DNA from: Tubiluchus corallicola
Lineage: Eukaryota > Animalia > Priapulida
Length of the DNA stretch: 64,000 bases
Reading direction: 5' to 3'
NCBI GenBank assembly: GCA_030141605.1
Contig: JAQGDQ010000376.1
Span: 124,001 to 188,000, forward strand
In this document: piece by piece, positions 39,591 through 52,283 of the stretch
Position numbering within the stretch: the stretch's first letter is position 1
How the letters are laid out: each line of letters opens with the position of its first letter
Notes under the pieces: generated by a model
What the model was told of the DNA's origin: nothing
The model's database searches: none
The model's input: the letters and a program-made list of their open reading frames with translations, nothing else
Translations under genes and position numbers: made by a program

Positions 39591-42500
39591 TTACTTATGC
39601 TTCAACTGAAAATAATGAAAAAATTAAACAAATTAATAACATGATTGAAACAGCTAGAATCAGTACATATTATTTAGCAGTTTGTTTAACTTGCAAGTGC
39701 TCAGACTGGCTGAGGGGAAGCATTACTATAATGAAGACAAAACGTTAAATAATTTGAACAATCTTATTGAACAAAATACATTTAAGCCAGAAATTTTGCA
39801 AGTGAATCTATAAAAAACTTTTCAAATCCCTTCCGAGTCATTAGAATAGGTGATTGTATTTCACATCTGCCCTGCTCAGACTGAATGTTAAAGTTGATAA
39901 ATTATTACCAGCTGTCAATTTGTCATCTGAAAAACTAAACATCTGAATATTACGTCAGTGCATTTCTTTGATTCAAATTGCAAATATAAAGAAAACGTAG
40001 GTTTTTAACTTGGGACCTTTCATTAATGGTAATCACTTTTGTTATAACTACTAATTACTATAATTTGTAAATATCCACTTGCATTAGCAATTTGACATAA
40101 ATCTGTTTTTAATATAATAATTACTATATTTTGTAAATACAGTGATTATTATATTAAAAAGAGATTTTTGTCAAATTGCTAATGCAAGTGGATTTTAATC
40201 TACATTGATGGCTGGCCGCAAGTACAAAATGTTTATCTAAAAATGTACAGGTACAAATGTTCATAATAAAGAATGTCTGAATGTCTTGAAGAAAAAATTA
40301 CCAATATGTATGCAGTTAGTAGTCATACTCAACTGCCTGGATTTTCTTTGTATTTGGGCTAGGAAACAGCAGACAAACTGCACTTGTGGTTAACACACTT
40401 GCTTGAGTTATCTAAAACTTGCATTGTTTGCCTTTGCAATGTTGTATTATTAAGCTTAATTCATGATGCAACAGTTAAATTTATACATGTAATTAACAAT
40501 ATTTAGGAACAAAAGATACATAACTAATCATTAAGCCGCGTATACCTATATGCTTCAAGTGATAAAAGCATAAAACCTATCTCTTCATATAATTTACTTA
40601 GGTGCTTGTCATATGTTTTATTCTTAAATATAAATTAGCTGTCTCACGAATCAACAACTTTTTGTACTGTTTGTTATTTACTACCTATGTGTTACACAAG
40701 CATGTTTAAATACCCGATAACACATTGTTTTTACAAAACAATTCATAGCTATACTAAACAATATCTGTTTTGAAGCAGCAAACCATCAGGCATGGCAAAG
40801 TGATGGTTATAGCAATGCTAATGTATAACGTAAAATGGCCTTTCGATTATGTACATTAGCGGATGGTGATAAGCGTGAATGACATTACTGCCTATAGACA
40901 GTTAAAGGAAAACACGTTGATTTCTCTTATCCTAATCCACTTTGAAGTACGGTAAAAAGTGTGCATTTTAATACCTACAATAATGCCAAAGCATTTCTGG
41001 TTGTTAAATAAAAGTTAAAAATTTAAATAACAGTAGGTGAGCCCAATTAATGGTGACACCACAAGTGAACATAATTTTCAATAGTGCAAACATTCTATGA
41101 ATGTTTTGTACATGTTTGTGAAAGCAAAATTTAAAGTACGGCGCTACTGTACAACGTTTAATGTGACAAACAAAAACTCTGCAAGTGTTAAGTTTGAAAT
41201 TTCAAGTTTACTGCTGTTCTCACTCATGAGCTCTCGAACATGTGTACTATGTCACAAATGAACAACTCTGAACTGAGAGGTACAGCACCTGATTTTAGTG
41301 CAATGCATTTCCAAAATGCAGGTATTAGTGTCCATCTAGCTAGCGATTGCAAAATACATATAACAGCAAAGAACTAGCTCCAGAAACATGAAATTACATT
41401 TATGTGGTAATCATTCTTACACACAAGTCCTTCTTGAAAAAATAATACATTCCCTTTCAAATATCTTATATCTTTTGGGCTATAGTTTAAGACTGGGTGC
41501 AGTTTTCCTTTTAACAATTAACACATTACAGAAATCAAGACAGAGCAAAAACTGGTGTATGATGAGGTTTGTACTGCAAAGGTTCAAGGTTTAATAAGTT
41601 ACTCTAAGTTTTAGGTTTTATCCAAGGATAACACCTAATCTAATCTAATACTTATTTCCAAGGCAGTCCCATTTATTATTATGCGTATTGATAAATTTAC
41701 GTGCTTGGTAAAAAAAAACAGCAGTACCGTTTTCTAAGTTTTTGGTATGGCTCGGCCGGGAACTAAAACTGCAACCTGCTGACCTGTCTGGTGGGAAGTG
41801 AGTGCGCCATTACTGTCAGAACTATACCCCCGTGTATCACTTTAATATGTGTGTAAGGAAGTACTAATCTTTAATTTCTGTATACATACCTACTTACATT
41901 TATAATCACGTAATGTTAATATTTATCATGAGTGTAGTACTCACAGTGCGGTTTAAGCATTGCTTCAGTGCTTCCATTTCTGTTGCACAGCAGCCACGAG
42001 TCAAATCATCATTTGCAGAAATGCACTTTCCGTAAGCAGTTGCCTAAAATAAAAGGAAGTTTGGAATGACAACTCTACAGTAGGCACCGTTTATTAGATT
42101 CACGGTTCATAGAATCAGTCGCCTAACTGACTCAAAAATGTCTGGTATATGGGTCACTTCTATTCAAATGTATATAAAAACTGCCAATAACAGACTGAAA
42201 TAACTTCGCATAATTGGACTCAATATTTTGCTTCATGTGCTTCAATGAGACACTCTTGTGTGACCAATTAGCTTTTACTACTTTTATATCATGTTCATTC
42301 ACTTTCCTGCTCTAATAGAAACAATCGTGTTAAGTACTGTTTTGTTTATAAGCAGGAACGTTTATCATATGCTAATATACTAGCCTAGCGGTTTGCATTG
42401 ACCCACCCATCCACTGCAATTAACCTCGTTACCCAAGGACTTCTGGAAGCTAAATATTTAATCACTTGCCTAGCGGTTTGCTTTTGAAGCTTTCCCTGTC

Positions 42501-45500
42501 TTTCATAGAATGTTTAATCAGTTAGCTGTTGCAGTTATGCCAGGGATACAGGTACAATACAACAAGGTGTTGCAAAGTTGCCGGTAGATTAACATGTAAA
42601 CTTGAATACTTGGACGACTACTGTGTTGTTTAATGAACGGTTAGTGAAACGGGATGCGCGCTTAAAATTGCTTTATCGGCCTTTCGTAATGGGCTGAATT
42701 TACACTAAAATTTGAAAGTAGCCAGGTCTTCAGAGAGCGCAGTACTACGCACGTTACCAGCGTCACTAACAAGGCGTGGCTGGCGGGCCAGTCGAATCAC
42801 TTCTTTACGCAAGAGTGGTTACACTACTATCAAAACTACATGGAATGAGAGGCACTATCTTATAGGCCTTGTGCACACTGTACATTGTACAATATGTATC
42901 AAATGTCATCAAGTTAAAGCAGTAAAATAAAATAATACTTTTACATTGCCAAGCACAACAGACTTTGATAAACTCTGTATTTTAAATACACGAAAATGTG
43001 AACTTATATTAAAATTTATGAAAGTTAACAATAAAAAGACGTTTAACAATAATGAACGATCACTCTGTATACAAGAAAACTCTATTAAGAGCCGATTGCG
43101 GGGCTTTTTATGCATTTAGTTCCTTAGTGTATGAAGTTAATACGCGCTAGCATTTATTCTAGAAACCATAAGAGTTGTAAAATTTATGTGCAGTTACATT
43201 AAGCAAAATGTATTACGGCTGCCTAAACGTCACACTCTATTTCAGTTCAGTATTCATAATCTGTGCCTAGTTTTTAGCCAAAGGGTTTATTACGGAAGTG
43301 TTAGTCATCAGAATTGAAGCTGCTGCTTCACCACAAACTCGTGCGGAATGTGCTGTATTTGAACTTAATTATACTCTCTTTGAGATTCTCTTGCTTTCTA
43401 TCTGTTTTGGTTATCTCTCTGTGTATGTACTCTTATGAATTGAAGTTAAACAAAAAGCAAAAAAAGCTACCGAAATACATTTGCTACATTATTAATTTGT
43501 TTATTAACGTTTAATAAAATAATAAATCAAAAATGTCAGAAAACTGCTGTTTCAAGCACCTGTCATTGTTTCAGCCTCTATGACAACTAAACTAGGTCAT
43601 ACAGGTTACAAACTCGGGTGTGTGAAGCAAGCCTGACACACGATTTAGAATAAACAAGCGGGTCATAACAGTGCCTCTATTTTGTCTCTCTCTCCCTTCT
43701 TTTCTCTATCTCTCTCTCTCTATGTGTCCCTTTTCTCTCTTTATCTCTCTCCTTTCTTACCGTAATTGTACACTGAGCTGTAATCTTTTAATGTAAATGC
43801 TTTGTAAAAACAGAAATAAACGGACCACAGGGAAAGTGCAACTGCCCAGCATGCCGATTATAGTAAACATTAGTTTGCCTGAAGCTATAACTACTGCCAA
43901 AACATATGTATAACACTCCATGTAATTCATTATTTTCATCGAGATTTTTTCAACATACTGACCCATAAGAGCTAACTCTAACACATCAATTATAAATCCA
44001 AACTTTAATAAAACAAACAATTTAAGTATAACATTTAAATTTTTCACGATTTTCTATAATTATATTGCCAACACTATATATGCACTTTGCCCAAATTACC
44101 ATAAACAATGTAAGAACAGTTGAGTTGTCAAGTTCCTAGCCAAGCCTAGTTATTTAATGGGTGGGTGCCTGGTGAACGATCTCTAGGAAAAGCCTCTTAA
44201 GAAATATGTTCTAGCACAAGTGGTTAAGCGATCTCTGTCAGTTCAGTCTTTAATGAACTATTATGATTATAGCATTGGTAATAAGCTAACTAGAGGCCTG
44301 CCACAACTACCACAAATTTTTAAATTTTTTTAGGCCCCAAAATTGTGAGTGCCGAACTTTTATCATCATCATCAATTTTTCTCAGAACAGTGACATTCAT
44401 AAAAACTGATTACAAAAATAAGGTATAATCTGCAGACATAGACTTATACTTAGTCGAATGAATGTGCAGTCAGTACCAAGGCAAGCATTTCTGGACTTTC
44501 TTGCATTTTTTTGGTATATACTAGGCTATATCCATTGCAACGTACTGTCTATTCACCTGACATGTTTAGATCTGGTCAAAGTTCCATGATGTCACAGCTT
44601 CTACAATTTTTCCTACAGAAGTATGAAATGCTTTGCTGTTCATTCCATCTTTGTTTATAATCCTTTCCAACTTACAAAGTCAGTACTCGACTTCACCACA
44701 GCACAAGTACTCCTCATAATCCTCATTTCACCAAATTGGTCATGTTTCAAAGTCAGCCAGTTTTTTATCAATCAGACATTGCACATATATTATACTTTTT
44801 AATGCAGGTATAAGAATATTTAAAAAACTGCCTTATAATTGTGGTTGCTAGTAACGCAATGTAACACAGCAGCCAAATTAATCAAACATTTGTTTTAACA
44901 CACATATGGAAATGTCCTGAAGCCTGAAGGTCAACTGTAATAATCTGAAAATAAACCAAAAATTACAAATATCTTTAACATACAGTATTTTGTATTTTGT
45001 CATAAGCCAATTATTTTTCCTGAAATGGCAATATTCTGGCACTTAAGCGTTCTAGTCCCGGTTGGCCAACAGTTTTTCAGCGCTCGCTTCAATAAATTAG
45101 CGGACACAACTAATCAACAACAGTTAATTTATTCTGCTATAATTACAGCAATAATTTGGTACGAGTAAAATTTGTCTCATTACAAAATAACTGCAACAAC
45201 AACAGCAGCAAAATAACAAATGTAACAAGGACAACAATGGTGACTATGCTGAAGATGATAACAATGATGAGGAAAAGAGAAACAGCATGCAAGACATAAA
45301 CATACAGCAAAAATAACAACAATCGCAAAGGTGTTATTTTGTGCTGAAGACAGCTGGTGGTTTTGATTGCCAGTCTAAAATGACTGAACTATAAGGCGAG
45401 CGAGAAGTGTGGCATTTGTTCACTGCTTCATGGTGTACATATTGTTACTTTGCAATAGTTTATACTGTAGACAGTACAATATTCTGTACATAAATTATAA

Positions 45501-48500
45501 TTATTGTTCTACTTGGCCCGCAGTTGTTCACAGACATGCAAGTTCTTCAAGGGGCTCAAGAAATTTCTGCGATATTTATAGTGCAAAGTAATCTTTGAAC
45601 AACATTACAATTTGTGCAGTGTTGCAAAGTAAGCAAAAGCAAAGTAATTGATGACAAAATTAGCTAGAATTCAAGTACGCAAGTTGCAAAAAATGAAGAC
45701 GAAATATTATGCATGATTTTACTGATATAATATGTCACTAATTTAGTGCACAGACATGCAGTCAACAGGTGAACCTGCTTGCATTGATTCATTTAAATAA
45801 AAACTAAAATTATTTAGCTGCTTTAATAAGAACTCCTTACTTCAGACCATTATTACTTTTCTCAAATTTTCAAGCTCCAAAAATATACTCAATAGCGATA
45901 TACCCAAACAAAGTTAATAATTTACTCGAAATTTCCACGATCATATTTTACGGACAAAAAAGCCCTAATATTACTGCTCCGGGCAACCAAGGAAGATAAG
46001 TGAAGCCCATATGTGAGTCAGTGTACAAGACATTTCGGCAAATCCTTATTTTTGCTGTAGTACGAATTCTAAGAAACCATGCCATTATAGTTATGCAAAC
46101 CCAGCGAGTCAGTGCAAAAGACGTTTTGGAAAATTCTTACATACTTTTTCTATACTACAAGTTCTAACAAATTATGCCATTATAGTACGTGTAGGCGTTA
46201 ACTTGTCTTGTAGGCTGTATACCAGTACAACTTCTTAGTTTTTTCTAAAACTAATTAAGGCATGTGAACAAAAAACTAAAATTTTAATATAGTTGAAGTC
46301 TTTACCTTGTTAAGCTTGACAGAATGAGTCCATGGAGTGTTCGGTTAATAAGGCTCCCACTACTTGTGTTGTAAATTGCACCACCAGCATTGGTCACTTT
46401 GATATAACACTTTAAGTGACAAATTATTATGCAGCAATTTAAAGCATCAGATCTTTAAAATTATAACTAAATATTGCACACAAGCACCAAAAAATTTACG
46501 ATACTTATCAGTGTCAATGTCAGCAGTCTGCATACACGTGCAAGCAGCCTTCTGTTTACAGTAGAATATATCAAGTTGTGGTGCATTATTTAATTGGTTG
46601 CAATTCAAAACGGCGAGCGTAACTGCATATTATGGTGGTGCATAATAAGATAGTAAATTCCAGCAGTAAAACAGACATTCTCTGCCAGGGCCCTATAGGC
46701 CATGCCAGCGGGTACCTCTACTGTGGCCATATCTGTTGACTGAAAACGACACTAATCCACGATAATCTTACTTTAAAGTGAAACGTTTTACGGGTATGCA
46801 ATACCCACAAAGTCAACGCATCACAAAAGCACATTAAAGTTGTGTTTTACCAGTTCATTAGTTAGACTCAGTTTCTCAGTTAAGAGCAAATAACCTGGCT
46901 AAAAAAACGAGACTTCTGAATGCACTGCACTTATTGGTTATGTCCTAGAGTAATGTTACTAAACACATGATTCGGAACAGCATCACTCATGTGAATAAAA
47001 CGGGTGAAATTCTTACATTGCAAGAGAGAGGCCTAACTGCACAACCTGACAAATAACGAGTTTGAAAAGTGAACTGAAATTCGGCTACAGGTCACCTCCC
47101 AATTAACCTATGATAAAATCGTCACGATAGCAAGCGGGCTTAGACGAAACTATAGATGAAGACACTTACGGGGAAACACGGACACCACCAATAGTTCAAG
47201 CACGCCAATCACTAAGTATTTTGTGAGAATTCGTCCATTATACAATAACAGATTTTCAACAATTTTATCATTGTTAGAACTTTGTGATTGAACTTCTTCA
47301 CAAAAAATGAAGCAGCTGACCTTGGAGTCTTTTTGTAATTTTTGTAAATAAACAGGCCAGTGTGAAGTTTAGAAAAGTAAATTTTTTATTTTTTTAATAA
47401 CTCACTTTATAAACTAACATTTTTGAATACCGGCATCGGAATTCAGGCATTACTTTGTTTCTAAAATTCATCAAAAGTCTTTGCAGTGCATCGTAAGTTG
47501 ATGATTCATACTTCAACGTTAGTAACACTACACCTGTCGGTTAACTGGGTCAAAACACTTCTGTCCAAATTGAATTTATTAAGCGGCGCCTGCTGTACAT
47601 ACGTGTGAAGCACAAGTACCCGTTTTTTGTATGCTGTCAAAATCTGTAGGTCCTCATAAATTCACAACTGATAACAAATGCTCACTCACTGGCATGTGGT
47701 GCAAAAAAATGCAACTAATGTATGCCAAAGTTTAGACAACAATTGGAAGCAACCATCCCATAAAATTGAAGTTTCTTAGCACGATACGGTAACGTATTTA
47801 CTTTTGGCTGCGAAAATTACAAGTTTAAAATTTTAGTAGTTTTTTTAGTTATGGCTGAAAAAGTTGTGCGTGCTAACAATTTAAATGCGGGAACAATGTC
47901 AGCTTATCATCAATAATTAAAAAGTAGCCATGTCCGTATACATAAAGCACTCAATAGAAGGCAGCAAAACAACAAAGAAATCAAAGAGCTTACATTGCTA
48001 ACTAATTTTCAAAAACTATTGATAAAAATTTTTTCTTTTTATTAGTGAATTTGCAACAGAAAATGCCACTTATTATGTGGACCTCCAATTTTGCATGCCG
48101 ATGGTAAATGGACGGAATTTACGGAAATGGGCAACTATAGTGGTAAAAAATGGAATTAGCCCAATTTGCCAACTTTTATGCAAATTTAATGTACACTAGA
48201 GATGGAATTTACTTCATAAGTTACTAAGGAGTTTCTTCTGTATTTCTCGGCCTTTTTAGAAGTCCTCCTTCGAGTTTTATTTTTTATGCAACTTAGGCAC
48301 CCATTACATCGTTTCACTCTGTTTTTGCATTTGCCATGAGTAGCGAGAAATGTATACAGGAAGCTTATAACGAACAGTAATACATTTGTGGAGAGGTTTC
48401 CTCTGTTCACACAAATGGCACGTGGCCATGTCTTCAAATGTTTTTGCATTTAAAATCAATTTTTTAAGCTCTATTGCTTTTTGGTCTCATTTGAAGTTTA

Positions 48501-50284
48501 GTTAGTGCAACATTTAAAATGGATGACAGAAGATGATGTGCGGTGAAAAAAGCAAATGATGTGCACCAGTTGTGCATGTGACAGCTGGGGAAACAGCCAG
48601 AAAGCGTGTAACGATGCATCGTAATATCTTTTGTAACGTCACGTGTCTTGTCAAAATGCACCAATATAGCGATGATTGAACATTCAGTGCATTGAGCGCA
48701 GCATTAGCAGACTCGACCTTAACACAGGCAGACCTGCTGTTAGCAGCCAATGAGAAGAGGTTGAAAGTGCAATGTGTTCATGACAATGTATAGTAGGCTA
48801 ATTACGTTTTTGCTTATAAGTTTTTGAAATGGCTTGCAGCAAATGTGGACTAGAAAATGCACCATATTTTAAAAGACAGGATGATTTTTCATATACTACC
48901 CCATTTTCAAGTCCAATGAAAAGTATGCATTTTAACACAATTAATACTGCAATAGTATTTCTGATAACTAAATAATAGATTAAAAACTTGCGAAAGCGAA
49001 AAGTGAAGTACAGTGCTAGTGCAATACATTCAGTGTGTCGTACTAAAACTGGGTAAGCTTTAAGATAAAAATTCAAATTTCAAATTTATCGCTATGCTCA
49101 CATAAGAGCTGTCAAACGTGTGTGATTCGTCACTGTTTTTTATGCAATGCGTTTCCGAAGTGCAGGTGCTAATGACCGTGTAACTAGCGAATGGCGAAAT
49201 GCATGTGACAGTGAAGAACTAGTAGTGGGAACACGAAATTGGGTTTGTGTGGTAATAATTCAGTTTTGAAAAATACTGTGTTTGCTTTCAGTATTTTAAA
49301 CAGTGGATTTTTGATCTTCAGTTTAAGATTGGGTCTGGTTTTGCATTAAATGAAAAGTATTGAAATGTTTTGCATTTCTGGTGGCTTACCATGCAAATAA
49401 TACAAAAGTATGAACAGAAATCAAATAGTTTGCTGAATTATTTTAGCACTTATCAATCTTAAAATTGTTTGATAAATTTAACAGATAAATAAAATATGTT
49501 AATCTAGTTTTTTTTATAAAAAGCCTGCAAACATTAACTCGTGTATCGTTATACGTGTCATATCAGGAGGTTAGTATTGTGGGTATGTAACGTGACTTAG
49601 ACCAGGCAATCTCCCGATGATCTGTACGAAGATGACAGTATATTGTTCTGTAAATTCTATGTACAAATTAAATGTTGGTTTTCATACGTTATGTTAAACT
49701 ACACACAAATGCCGAATACATACTTTATTCATGTATAAAAATTTAAGTTTGTATTAACGATCTATCACACATTACATAATTTATGACTAATTTAAAGAGC
49801 CATTCGCTTCTAATTTCTGTGAAGCGTAATTGAAACAGAAATGACAATTCTTTGACATGTATGGAATTTCGTCAATTTTAAAACGAAATATCGAAGGTCC
49901 TAATTATGCGTTCGGGGCGCGGCATTGCTTATTCTTTCATGTAGTGGCGCACCAAAGAATGGCGCACATGACTAAATGATATTGTACGTGACAGGCTCAT
50001 CACTAAAACGGAGATCATAGAAATGCGAGATCGCTTAGCGTGTCAAAAGGCTTGCCTTTCGAAACTAGTATATCCATGGCAGTCCGTGAAATAAACAGAC
50101 TCTATTAAAAATAAACAATATTATTTTACTTTCGAATTCCTACGAGTACATTAGTATGCTAACGTAATGGTCTAACTAGCGTTACCTCAATTCTGCACTT
50201 TGTAAATGCAAATGGAATACGCGAAAACCTCTTAAATCTAGTGAAACCAACAGACGTTGCACTACTGTAAGATACAGGCTTCAT
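39591..50284 (-). CDS. NDUFAF8: NDUFAF8-like (C17orf89) mitochondrial complex I assembly factor, twin CX9C protein, 70 aa
   Basis: Exon 1 50284-50186 (ATG...ATT GAG|gtaac), exon 2 42043-41945 (ttttag|GCA...ACT|gtgagt), proposed exon 3 39605-39591 (ttttcag|TTG AAG CAT AAG TAA). Protein: MKPVSYSSATSVGFTRFKRFSRIPFAFTKCRIEATAYGKCISANDDLTRGCCATEMEALKQCLNRTLKHK. Two exact CX9C motifs, the first formed only by the exon 1-2 junction. Resembles human NDUFAF8 as recalled (RAFPERLAACGAEAAAYGRC...CAREFEALRSC). Exons 1-2 are well supported, exon 3 less so. Confidence 0.85.
40073..40193. repeat. 121-bp inverted repeat / hairpin in NDUFAF8 intron 2
   Basis: atccacttgcattagcaatttgaca pairs perfectly with tgtcaaattgctaatgcaagtggat (25 bp), and pairing continues inward with few mismatches to a very short loop. 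Confidence 0.9.
41735..41816 (-). mobile_element. tRNA-derived SINE head remnant
   Basis: Plus-strand ttttggtatggctcggccgggaactaaaactgcaacc...gagtgcgccattactg resembles the reverse complement of a SINE A/B-box head. Confidence 0.35.
43684..43756. repeat. Degenerate (CT)n polypyrimidine microsatellite
   Basis: tctctctctcccttcttttctctatctctctctctc...ttttctctctttatctctct read directly. Confidence 0.8.
46012..46185. repeat. Diverged tandem dimer, unit about 93 bp
   Basis: gagtcagtgtacaagacatttcggcaaatcctta...ttctaagaaaccatgccattatagt recurs as gagtcagtgcaaaagacgttttggaaaattctta...ttctaacaaattatgccattatagt. Confidence 0.7.
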
Positions 50285-52283
50285 CACAAAAAACAAGCAG
50301 TAACTTAAAGCAACTTTGTTTCTTGAGAATCAGTATAGGATTTCCCAAAAAAGTTAGACTATTTTATTACATATGGTGCAACTGCAGTAGAGCGCCACGT
50401 ACCACCTAAGCCCGTAACATCCTCCAACTCCCAAATGTCATAATGATACCGCAAATGTGCTAAATTTGCGGAGAACCGGTGTGGCAACTTAAATGTAATT
50501 TTGCTAATCGAAAATTGGATGTATTTAGTATTATTTATGATGACACAATAAAGCATAGAACCAAATTTGTTTAAGGAAAAAACTAACTTTATAATGATGA
50601 CGGATAGCCCTTGACAATTACATACAATAATATTTATAAGTAAAATGTTTACACGGGCTCCATTAACTTCAACATAAAATTACACCAAGTATCTATAAAG
50701 AGGACATAATCACATAATTATTATTACATAAATAATTACAATTTTTTAAAGGAAACGCATGTCGACCATGCAAGCCTTTATTAAACACAACCAAATCATG
50801 AGAATGGAATATACTTGGAAACACGCAGCTCGATCACAAGGCTGTAAACGTCAGCAAGCATGCTTTCAATACTTAGAAAAGGCAAAGACCCTCCAAGATT
50901 AATTTTAATGATCCAGTATTGTTTATAATACAATTTTTTGGAGAGGAGGGGAACAACTTAGCACCAATAGCCATATATTGTAAAAGTTTGAGGAGTAAAT
51001 GACTCACTAGCCTGTATACTGTACTAAGAGGGTAAATGGCTCACCACCAGGCCAGCCCATGTACCACAATTATGCTGTAAAATTGTAAATGTATCACCAG
51101 CCAATACACCAAACATAGGAGAAAAATAATGTTGTACAAATAGGTAATGAAATTGACCACGTACTACGTATGCAGCCAGCAAAATAAAGATGAAATATTT
51201 TTGCGAAACGTTGGGTTTGCCTAAAAAGTCAGTCTGTTGCATTTCAGAAAGATTAACTCTTGAAATCATCTCATCTGTGTGGCTCAGAATTAATATTATT
51301 TTTTAAAGAATACACAATTTATCTTTTTAAAATATAATTAAAAATGCAAATATACAATTAATTTTTTAAAATATATTGACATTTTAAATTATTTACTAAA
51401 CGAACAAGGAGAATGGAAGCTGGTATTAAAAAATAAGTACTGCACCCTGTAACTTTTGATTCCTGGGCTACTGTGGTATATGGCGCCCAACAACTGCAAG
51501 GTTTTACAAGCCTTGATTCGAGTTATTTTATTTATAAGTATCAGTAACCGACCATGAAACACGCACCCCAAATATGCGCTTACACCTTCAAGCCCCCGCA
51601 AACCCACAAATGAAGCCCAAAACGCTAAGGGTGGCATCGAACGTACGAATTCGATTCCTTATTATTAAAACGTTTGAAACATCATGCAGTTAGCACAATT
51701 TAGCAAAAAATTCTGCACACAGTTTTTGAACAAATTATATTGTAGTGGTTTTGCCGCAGAACAAAATTAAGTAAAAAGCATAATAATTGCAAGATTTGAG
51801 GCTACAGCTTTGATAAGGGACCTATTCTCGGCGAGCCGCATAACAATTGAAAGGTCTTGATCGAATTGAATCAGGCCCATCGAGAGGAACGGCTTGAAAA
51901 ACCTCCAAAAATGGCATTTTCACCCGTTTTTTGCAAAACTTATACTTCTTATTTCTAGAGAATGGGAATGTTGTAATAGTGGAAATCTTTTGTTGAATCA
52001 TGCACACTAAGGTGATTACCCAAGGTCGTTCGTGCAACCACACCATCTCCCCTCTCCAAAAACGTGTTATGGGATAATAGGATTAATGCATATCATCAAT
52101 ATAAACTAGGTAACTAACAAAATCTGTTCAAAATACTACTATAACAATAATTTCGTTAATCATATTGTAGAACTTAACATTGCTGCATTTGTACTAAATT
52201 AATGTTAATTCAGACTGATTGATAACAAACACTTTCAAAAATTTTCAAAGAATATTCACAAGTCCAATTTGAGTGCAAAAAGT

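Noticed and set aside
39546-39605. NDUFAF8-RhoGAP fusion protein
   Set aside because: The frames are offset by 59 nt and both have stop codons before the RhoGAP ATG.
47170-47340. About 56 open codons ending at a donor, as a coding exon of RhoGAP
   Set aside because: No recognisable similarity, and splicing to 39605 gives an immediate stop.
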